DNA of 48,000 bases from contig KB217478.1 in the NCBI GenBank assembly GCA_000331305.1, positions 64,544 through 112,543 of the forward strand, in the 5' to 3' direction. The DNA is from Calothrix sp. PCC 7103. GTDB lineage: Bacteria > Cyanobacteriota > Cyanobacteriia > Cyanobacteriales > Nostocaceae. Shown piece by piece: positions 26,948 to 36,200 of the stretch. The translations under genes were made by a program, and so were the position numbers. The notes under the pieces are model-generated. The model saw nothing but the letters and a program-made list of their open reading frames with translations, did not search any database and was not told the origin of the DNA. The first letter of the stretch is position 1. Every line of letters starts with the position of its first letter.

Positions 26948-26968
26948 CGTACCTAGACTGGAGACGTA
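26948..26968. promoter_or_regulatory. conserved box CGTAC-N-GACTGGAGACGTA, copy 2 (upstream of the T4SS operon, divergent from the HTH gene)
   Basis: cgtacctagactggagacgta lies about 85-100 nt upstream of the start codon at 26866, with TAAAAAT immediately to its left on the plus strand. Confidence 0.4.
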
Positions 26969-27220
26969 CAAAAACTCAAAAGTGGTCTAGTCTTTTGGGC
27001 AGCTAGATTGGTCGTTAATGATAAACAATCCGCTGAAAGTACTACTGTATAAGCTTTTAAGACTAAATTATAGATTTATAAAAGGCACAAAAACTTAATA
27101 ATTGATGATTGATAAATCGCTAAGTTGAGATTAATTTAGGATTAGTGTTCTTGTGATTGAACGGCGCCTGACTACAAGAATGCCTAGCCAATCACTTCAG
27201 GAAAGCAGGAGAGTTCAACA

Positions 27221-27484
27221 ATGTTTCAGTTAGTCGATAAGCGACAAGCGAGAGAAAAACTCAATCTAAGCTTTACCACCCTCAAGAAATATCGTCGAGA
27301 CGGCACATGGGTGGAAGGAATCCACTGGGTAGAAATTAACTGTCGATGTATTCGTTATAACCTGGAGCTTATTCAAGATTGGTTACATAACCGCAATGAC
27401 CCCAAAGCACATCTTCGCGCGATTGAAAAATTCCGTGCCAGTTTAGCCAGTAACCAAAGAGGTTCTGGCAGAAAACAGAGTTGA
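27221..27484 (+). CDS. excisionase/AlpA-like helix-turn-helix DNA-binding protein
   Basis: LNLSFTTLKKYRRDGTWVEGIHWVE...IRYNLELIQDWL matches the HTH_17/excisionase-family pattern. 87 aa. Confidence 0.5.
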   Translation: MFQLVDKRQAREKLNLSFTTLKKYRRDGTWVEGIHWVEINCRCIRYNLELIQDWLHNRNDPKAHLRAIEKFRASLASNQRGSGRKQS

Positions 27485-27607
27485 GGACCTAGAAGTTGTC
27501 GTAAAGCGCTAGTTTGAGGTGCCAATATAAAGTGCGTGTACTTATCCTAAGCATTATTGAAACCAGACCATTAATTTTAATAGCCACAAGCAATAGAAAT
27601 ATTTACA

Positions 27608-27730
27608 GGACTTACGCAAAAATTTTGTCATGCTTCACTGCGTTCAGCATCTCAGAGATTCTACCCTTCGGGAAAACTTCGTTTACACTGCGTTCAGAAT
27701 GACAGTTTTTCGTTAAAATGCGTAAGTCCT
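27608..27730. mobile_element. MITE-like element with 12-bp perfect terminal inverted repeats
   Basis: AGGACTTACGCA at 27608-27619 and its reverse complement TGCGTAAGTCCT at 27719-27730. Subterminal TGTCAT/ATGACA and an internal direct repeat CACTGCGTTCAG x2. No coding capacity. Confidence 0.5.
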
Positions 27731-28017
27731 AAGTTAGACTGTATCTCGGCTCAACCTCTTCTCGACTGGCGCCGAAAGAATTTCTAGACTACGCATCATA
27801 AAATGAAGTGTTGGTGCCGTGCGCCTAAATATTTTTCCTATTTTTTCAAAACCTGCGTAAAAACTCCCGGTCTGATTCGTACAAGGGTTTAGAGAAGTAA
27901 AGGAGTTAGACATTATGCTTTGATAAACAAGCGATAGTCTGACTATCTAATTAACTCCAAATATGCCGAGCGCTAAATATAGCCATCACTTATCAATTCT
28001 AAACACTACTCATATTT

Positions 28018-29052
28018 ATGATACATCAATCAGTAGCAAGCTGTATTGGACAAACTCCACTCGTTCAATTAAATCGCTTATTTCCTTACAAGGGAATCAA
28101 TGTTATCGCCAAACTAGAATTTTTAAATCCAGGTGGTAGCGTCAAAGACCGTCCCGCGCGCTTTATTGTTGAACAAGGATTACAAAATGGAACTATTGAT
28201 CAAAAAACCCACCTAATTGAAAGTACTTCTGGCAATTTAGGTATCGCTTTAGCAATGGTAGCAAAAGTCTATAACCTGCAATTCACCTGTGTAGTAGACC
28301 CAAAAATTTCGGCAACGAATTTGCAAATACTCCACTTGTTAGGAGCAAATATTGAGATGGTTCATGTGCGTGATGACCAAGGTGGCTATCTCAAATCTAG
28401 AATTCAACGGGTTCAAGAACTATTGCACGATATCCCCCAAAGTCTCTGGATTAACCAATATGCCAACGATTTGAACTGGCAGGCACATTACTACGGCACG
28501 GGTAGCGAAATGGTTGCAAGCCTTGATGGTTCTATCGACTGTCTCATCCTCCCTGTTAGCACTACAGGAACAATGTTGGGAATTTCCCGCCGTCTGCGCT
28601 CAGAATTTCCAGGGCTTAGGGTAATTGCCGTTGATGCCGTAGGTTCTGTCATTTTTGGGACACCTTCAGGACAACGAGAGATACCTGGTATTGGGGCTAG
28701 TCGAGTACCCGAACTTAGTAAGCAGATTGAGGTTGATGAGGTTATCTACGTTAATGACTGGGAGTCTGCACAGGGTTGCCGCGCTCTGGTCAAATATGAA
28801 GGCATCTTTGCTGGTGGTTCTTCTGGGTCTGTAATCGCCGCTATTCAAAAACTTCTTCCCAGTGTGCCTTCTCCTTATCGCATCCTGACTCTTTTCCCCG
28901 ACCGAGGAGAACGCTATCTAAATATGGTCTACGACGACAACTGGGTTGGACAGCTACATCATTCAGATGCACAACCCAATTTATCCACTTTTACCACTAA
29001 GCTGCCCACGTTCAACAAAGCTGAACTCAAAAACCTAAATCTATTGACTTAA
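28018..29052 (+). CDS. sbnA: SbnA-type PLP-dependent enzyme (2,3-diaminopropionate biosynthesis, N-(2-amino-2-carboxyethyl)-L-glutamate synthase)
   Basis: PLP-lysine motif NPGGSVKDRPA plus blocks I recall as SbnA-specific: HLIESTSGNLGIALAM, TCVVDPKISATNL, WINQYANDLNWQAHY, PGIGASRVPE, YEGIFAGGSSGSVIAAI. It is paired with an SbnB-like gene. Confidence 0.8.
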   Translation: MIHQSVASCIGQTPLVQLNRLFPYKGINVIAKLEFLNPGGSVKDRPARFIVEQGLQNGTIDQKTHLIESTSGNLGIALAMVAKVYNLQFTCVVDPKISATNLQILHLLGANIEMVHVRDDQGGYLKSRIQRVQELLHDIPQSLWINQYANDLNWQAHYYGTGSEMVASLDGSIDCLILPVSTTGTMLGISRRLRSEFPGLRVIAVDAVGSVIFGTPSGQREIPGIGASRVPELSKQIEVDEVIYVNDWESAQGCRALVKYEGIFAGGSSGSVIAAIQKLLPSVPSPYRILTLFPDRGERYLNMVYDDNWVGQLHHSDAQPNLSTFTTKLPTFNKAELKNLNLLT

Positions 29053-29061
29053 AAGAGAAAT

Positions 29062-30097
29062 ATGCAACAACATCACTCTACCGCCAAAATACCAACAATT
29101 CTCTACCTGAGCAAATCTGACATTATCCAACTTGGTGGAAATTCCTCTCATCTATATATAGAAGCTGTCAATCATGCTCTGACTCTCCATGCTAAAGGCG
29201 AAATTGTCCAGCCACTCAAGCCTTATTTACGTTGGCGTGGAAATGAAAACCATATTGCTGACCGAATTATTGCGATGCCAGCTTATCTAGGTGGCGAGAG
29301 TTCTATAGCTGGTTTGAAATGGGTTGGGAGCAAGCATGATAACCCATCTCGATCTGGTTTGGAACGAGCCAGCGCGCTCATTGTTCTGAATGATACTCAG
29401 ACTCATTACCCTCTCGCGATTATGGAAGGAAGCCTGATTAGTGGTATGCGAACAGCGGCAGTTACCGCAGTCGCAACTCGCCACTTAGCTCGAAAAAATT
29501 TTAGTGATGTCACATGCATTGGCTGCGGTCCAATTGCTCGGATGCAACTGCTGACACTAATTGAGCAATTTCCATCCATTACTACCATCCACCTTTTTGA
29601 CCTTAACCCCTTTGCAGCAAAGAATTTAGTGGAAACTTTGCACCAATCCTTCCCTGATTTGAAATATCAAATTGCTTCAGATGCCCAAAAAGCTGTGCGT
29701 CAAGGCGAGGTAGTAATCACTTGTACGGTCGCAGATAAACCCTATAAGTAGGTACGACTGGCTGCAAAAAGGAACTTTCCTCAGCAATGTTTCGATTATG
29801 GATGTACATAAAGAGGTTTTCCTCAATGCTGACAAGGTAATAGTGGATGATTGGGAACAATCAAACCGAGAGAAAAAAGTGATTAATCAATTGGTTTTAG
29901 AAGGACGCTTCTCGCGCGAGCAACTCCATGCAGAACTGGGTGAGATACTTCTTGGTCGTAAACCTGGTCGAGAGTCAGATGAAGAAATTATCCTCCTCAA
30001 TCCAATGGGAATGGCAATTGAAGACATAGCTTGTGCCCAAAGCATTTATCAAAAAGCTGTTGCAAAACAAGTTGGCATCCGCTTAAACCTCGGTTGA
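29062..30097 (+). pseudogene. sbnB: SbnB-type ornithine-cyclodeaminase-family dehydrogenase, split by a frameshift at ~29746-29752
   Basis: ORF 29062..29751 ends ...VITCTVADKPYK*. The +1 frame continues ..ISRYDWLQKGTFLSNVSIMDVHKEVF.. into ORF 29798..30097. Together they span a full-length SbnB-like protein (HIADRIIAMP, KWVGSKHDNP, LLNPMGMAIEDI). Confidence 0.75.
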
Positions 30098-30270
30098 TAA
30101 GGAACATTGACAAGGCGTTGCACAAAACAGGGCTTTTGTTTTGGACGGGTAAAGCAAAATTCATAAAATAAACTGAAAAGCATACATAAGAATAATTGAA
30201 ATGGTACTCACAATGCTAGTCTGCAAGCAAACATATTTTGTCCAAAGTCCAATCAAAAAGATTTTAGCAG

Positions 30271-33200
30271 TTATTCTATTAGAACAAAATCAGAAATGAT
30301 AGTTTCAGGATATCGAACTAACTGCTCAATAATTACTTCATAACTCTTCAAAAAGCGCTCTATCATCTCAGCAGTAAAAGTTGTTGTGCTGTAACAAGCA
30401 TGAAATTTGATCGCCTGGGTTGTTTCATTAGGATAATCAGCATAAAGCTCCAGAGGGACATCTTGCTCACTCCAGAGACCACGATCGGAGCTAATAGTTA
30501 ATTCCTCACACTTGAGTATTTGACCCAACCAATTTTTTGCTGGAACTAATACAAAGGTAACAGTTCGCAGGATTTTTAGCTTGTTTTCCACTGGTTCCCA
30601 AATTTTTTCTGAGGGAATTGCATAGGTTAGTCCCTCAGTAACAGTTTTTCTAACCTGTCCTAGCAAAGAAATAGCCGTCTGGTTGCAGTTTAATTGAATA
30701 CCTAGTGGCAAATCACTAATGAAACAACCGAGTAATCGTTCGATTTCCAGTATACTGCGATTAGCTATTGTGCCGACTACTAGGATATCTGTTTGTTTGC
30801 TCCATTTGTGCAACAGAATGTTTAGTGCCGTTAGCAGGACGATAAAAGGTGTGACACTACAAGCGTGGCTGAGGGAAGCGATATTGTTGGTCAAACTTAC
30901 AGGCAGTGAGAAATGATATTCGTTAGCAAAAGACCTATCTGGTGTAGACTGGATTGCAGGAAAAAGATCGAGGGAGGTGGGAAAGTTCGCTAGGTGCTGT
31001 TGCCAGTAGGGTAAGTGGGCTGACAAAACTTCCTCACTAAAATTTTTGCGCTGCCAGATCGCAAAATCTGCATATTGGAGAGGTAGTTCTGGCAGAGGTG
31101 AAGGTTTACCTACCAAGAAGTTACTGTAGATGATTTCGAGTTCTTGTAATAAAATGCCACAAGACCAACCATCGGTGATAATATGATGCATGGCAATAAG
31201 TAGCCAATGCTCCTCCTCGGACAATTGAATCAAGATAGTTTTGATAGGAGGTGCGACCGTCAGGTCAAATTCGCGATTCATCGCCTCTCTGAAAATTCTG
31301 TATGCCTCAGCTTCTTTGCTCATCTGCGAACAGAGATACTGTAGATCGATGAACTGAAACGGTAGGGTAAAAGATGGTGCAATTTTCTGGGTGGGCTGCT
31401 CTTTAACAATAGGAAAGGTTGTTCGCAGAATTTCGTGACGACGGATAATTTCGTTGAGACTCCGCTCTAATACTGTGCGAGAAAGCGTACCTGTCAAACG
31501 TAGAGCCATTGAACTATTAGCTGCACACTTACCAGCAAATTTATGCTCTAAACACCATATATAATCTTGAGCAAAAGAGAGTGGGATAACCTGGGTTCTC
31601 GCTTGAGGCGACACTGCTGGTATCTTTCTAAATGAATAACCTTGCGTATTAATGGTGAGGGTAGAATCGATCAATTGACTTAAAGCGGCGATTGTTGGTA
31701 ATTGAAACAGACAACTGAGGGGTAAGTTAATCTCGAATTTTTCGCAAATCCGAGAAATAATTTGAACCGCTAGTAACGAATGACCGCCCAACTCAAAGAA
31801 GTTATTGTAAATGCCTACTTTTTTAAGTGCTAATACCGAAGCCCAAATGCTCGCTAGTATCTCCTCAACCGGAGTGCGGGGAGCGACAAAATTAAGTTCG
31901 AGTTCAGGTTGGTATTTTGGGGCTGGTAGAGCGCGGCGGTCTACTTTACCATTTGGTGTCAGCGGTAAGGCATTGAGTGTTACAAAAGCACTTGGCACCA
32001 TATAATCTGGCAGTTGCTCTTTCAAGAAATCGCGTAAATCGCTTATTATATTAGCTAGTTCTTTATTAGGGACGATATAAGCTATTAATTGTTTGCTGCC
32101 TACAATATTTTCTCTTACGATGACTACAGTTTCTTTTACGGCTGAGTGTTTAGCCAGTAAAGATTCAATCTCACCCAGTTCTATACGGAAACCGCGAATT
32201 TTGACCTGATTGTCAATTCGACCTAGAAACTCAATGTTACCATCCGGTAAGTAACGCACTAAGTCGCCAGTTTTATAAAGGCGAGAACCAGACTTTTGAT
32301 TAAAAGGATTGGGAATAAATTTTTCAGCAGTCAAATCAGGAAGATTAAGATAGCCGCGCGCTAGTCCATCACCACCAATATACAGTTCTCCTGAAACGCC
32401 GATGGGTACAGGCTGCAATTTTTTATCTAGCACGTAAGCCTGCGTGTTAGCAATGGGGCGCCCAACGGGGACATTATCTTCTACGTGGTTAAAATCTGTG
32501 ATTGTGTAGCAGCAAGTAAAAGTTGTGTTCTCCGTTGGACCATAACCATTGATTAGAGTACACCCTTTCAGTTCTTGAAGAGCCTTCTTTACATGAGGAA
32601 CAGATAAGACATCCCCACCAGCTAGAAGTTGACGCACATTTTTTAAGCTTTCAAGCTGCTCATCTACCATTAGGTGAAATAAACCTGCTGTAAGCCACAG
32701 TGTCGTTATCTGGTATTGTACAAGAGCTTGTCCCAACTCTTGCAAAGATGGTTTGTGTGAGGGCATAATCACTAGCAACCCACCGTTGAGGAGGCTGCCC
32801 CAAATCTCAAAAGTTGAGGCATCAAAAGATATGGGAGCAAGCTGAAGGAAAATTTCTTCTGCACCGAAATTTGCATAGTTGGTTGCTTTGACTAACCGCA
32901 CTACGCCCCTATGCATGATGGCTACTCCCTTGGGCTTCCCTGTTGACCCGGAAGTGTAAATGAGATAAGCCAGATTATTGAATGCCGTTTTACTATAAGG
33001 ATTTTCCTCGCTATGTTGGGCAACCTCTTCCCAGTCGGAATCCAAGCAGATAATGCGTTCCGAGCATTGGGGAAGTTTCTCCATTAACTGGGTCTGGGTT
33101 AGCAACACTTGCACTTTTGAGTCTTTTAGCATGAAAGCCAAGCGCTTAGAGGGATATTCTGGGTCAAGCGGAACGTAGGCGCCGCCAGCTTTGAGAATAC

Positions 33201-36200
33201 CAAGCAATCCCACCACCATTTCCAACGAACGCTCTACGCAAATACCTACCAAAACTTCTGGTTCAACGCCTATTGCTTGTAGATAATGCGCCAGCTGATT
33301 CGCTTTTGCATTCAATTCTCGGTAGGTTAGTTGCTCACCCTCAAATACTACAGCTATTGCGTCAGGCGTTAGTTCCACCTGCTCCTCAAACAACTGATGG
33401 ATATACTTATCCTGGGGATATTGTGTTTGAGTATTGTTCCATTCCACCAACAATTGCTGCCGCTCGGCTTCTGTAAGCATTGGCAATTCAGAAATTTGCG
33501 CTTTAGGATTAGTAACAATTCCTGACAATAATGTTCGGAAATGTTCTATCATCCTTGAGATAGTGCTAGCATCAAATAAATCTGTATTATACTCCAAGCG
33601 ACCAATAATGCCCTCTAGTCTAGAGTCGAGTTCGAGGGTTATATCGAACTTTGCTGTATCAGTTTGGATATCCAACTGACTTATCGTCCAGTCCACACTT
33701 AAAGATGGCACTGGGGGTTCCAAAACAAATGCCACCTGGAACAGAGGGTTGTGGCTTAGGTTTCGTTCCGGTTGGAGTGTTTCTACTAGCTTTTGGTAAG
33801 GCAAGTCTTCATGGGCATAAGCTTCTAAAGTTACCGAACGCACCCGAGAAAGTAGCTGTTGAAAACTAGGGGAACCTGAAAGATCGGTACGCAAAACCAA
33901 AGTGTTTAGGAAATACCCCATTAGCTTTTCAATCTCTGGTCGATTGCGTCCCGCGCTGACGGTGCCTACAACAATATCATCTTGCCCAGTGTAGCGGTAG
34001 AGCAAAGTTTTAAATGCTGCTAGCAACGTCATATAGAGTGTGACCCCCTCCTGCTGTGAGAGAGTTTTTAGTGCCTCTGTCAGGTTTTTGGATAGCGCGA
34101 AACAAAGTCTTGCGCCCCGAAAAGTTTGTTTTACTCTTCGGGGGCGGTCGTAAGGCAACTGTAATATGGACAAGTCAGTTAACTGTTGCTTCCAGTAGTT
34201 AAGCTGACTTTGAAGAATTTCTTTTGTAAACCACTGCCTTTGCCAACTAGTAAAATCCGCGTACTGTATGGGTAGTTCTGTAAGTGGCGAGGGTTTGGCT
34301 CTAGAGAAAGCTTCGTAGAGTGTTGCAAGTTCTGGAAGAAACACGCTGTAGAGTGAAACACCATCAATTATAATGTGGTGAAAGGTTAAGAATAGCCTGT
34401 AATCCTCGTCCGCTAGCCGCATCAAGGTTGCTCGTAGCAATGAGCTAGAACTTAGGTCAAACGCCTGCTTTGCTTCCCTAGTTGCCAACCGCAAAGCTTC
34501 TGACTCTCGTCTGTCTTGTGGAAATTGCCGTAAATCCACCACTGCTAGATTGAAAGTAGTGGGTGAATCTATAACCTGAACTGGTTGTCCATCAACCGTG
34601 ATAAAGCGTGATCGCAGACTTTCGTGACGCTGAATAATTTTGTTAAGAGCTTTTTCTAAGGCGGTTACGTCAATAGCACCCCCTAAGCGAATAGTAAAAG
34701 GTTCATTATAAACAGGGGTATCGGGTTGCAATTGTGCAAGGAACCACAGTTGCTCTTGTCCCCATGAAAGAGGCAAGTTTTGGTTTCTGGAAACTCTTTG
34801 GATAGAGGAAGCAAAATTTTTTTTGTTTTCCCAATCAACTGCCTCTATGCTCGTGGCTAATTTGGCTATAGTTAGGGATGCAAACAGGCTATCCACAGAT
34901 AACTTTACCTGTAAAGTGTCATACAACCTGCTTATGATTTGAACTGCTAGTAAGGATTGTCCACCCAACTCCAAAAAATTGTCGTGGATACCAATTTGCC
35001 CAAGTCCTAGCACTTCGTTCCAAATTCTTACCAACACTTTCTCAATCGTGGTACGAGGTGCAACAAAATTTTCTAGCCGTTCGAGTCTTTTTATATCAGG
35101 TGCTGGTAGTGTGAGCCGATCTACTTTTCCATTAGGCGTTAACGGTAAAGCATCAAGCAGTACAAAATAAGAAGGCACCATGTAATCGGGCAGTTTTCCT
35201 TGTAAAAAGCTGCGGATATGGGGTATCAGCTTTTGAACAACGTACCCCTCCAACTCTTTTTGTGCTAATGTTGCTAAGTTTTCTGTATTTCCAACAACAT
35301 ATGCCACTAAGCGTTTGTCGTCCGGTATATCAGAACAGACTGTAACAACAGCATCCAGCACGTTAGGATGTTGCCTCAGTACTGCCTCAATTTCGCCTAA
35401 TTCGATACGAAAACCGCGAATTTTGACTTGATTGTCAATACGACCTAAGAACTCAATGTTACCATCGCGATTGTAGCGTGCTAAGTCTCCAGTTTTATAC
35501 AGGTGCCCATCAGATAAATTACTGAAGGGGTTGGGGATAAATTTTTCATTGGTTAAATCAGGACGGTTCAGGTAGCCGCGCGCTAGCCCATCACCACCAA
35601 TGTATAATTCTCCTAGAACGCCAACGGTTACAGGCTGCAACTTTTCGTCTAACAAGTAAACTTGCGTGTTGGCTATAGGGCGACCAATGGGGACATAATC
35701 TTCTACGTGGTTAAAATCTGTGATTGTGTAGCAGCAAGTAAAAGTTGTATTCTCGGTTGGACCATAACCATTGATTAGAGTACATCCTTTTAGTTCTTGA
35801 AGAGCCTTCTTGACATGAGGAACAGATAAGACATCGCCCCCAGCTAGAAGTTGACGCACATTTTTTAAGCTTTCAAGCTGCTCATCTACCATCAGGTGAA
35901 ACAAACCTGCTGTAAGCCACAGTGTCGTTATCTTGTATTGTATGAGAGCTTGTCCCAACTCTTGCAAAGATGGCTTATGTGGGGGCATAACCACTAACAG
36001 TCCACCATTGAGAAGGCTGCCCCAAATCTCAAAAGTTGAGGCATCAAAAGATATGGGAGCAAGCTGGAGGAAAATTTCTTCTGCACCGAAGTTGGCATAG
36101 TTGGTTGCTTTAACTAACCGCACTACCCCTCTATGCATGATGCTTACACCTTTGGGCTTACCCGTCGAGCCTGATGTATACATCACGTAAGCTAAGTTAT

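Noticed and set aside
30098-30270. A/T-rich hairpin CAAAACA-gggcttt-TGTTTTG between the convergent sbnB and NRPS ends, as a bidirectional terminator
   Set aside because: The 7-bp stem is almost all A/T and there is no clear T-run after it, so it is too weak to call.
1126-35170. Many 60-130-aa ORFs in the track lying antisense to or inside large genes. Examples: 1126..1389, 2275..2484, 7547..7923, 10365..10716, 11316..11681, 12553..12813, 14501..14979, 15722..15949, 18425..18619, 20053..20247, 23079..23465, 24345..24599, 25307..25504 and all small ORFs within 30.7-35.2 kb
   Set aside because: These are shadow ORFs on the opposite strand or in an alternative frame of motif-supported genes. Their composition is typical of antisense translation and no independent evidence supports them.
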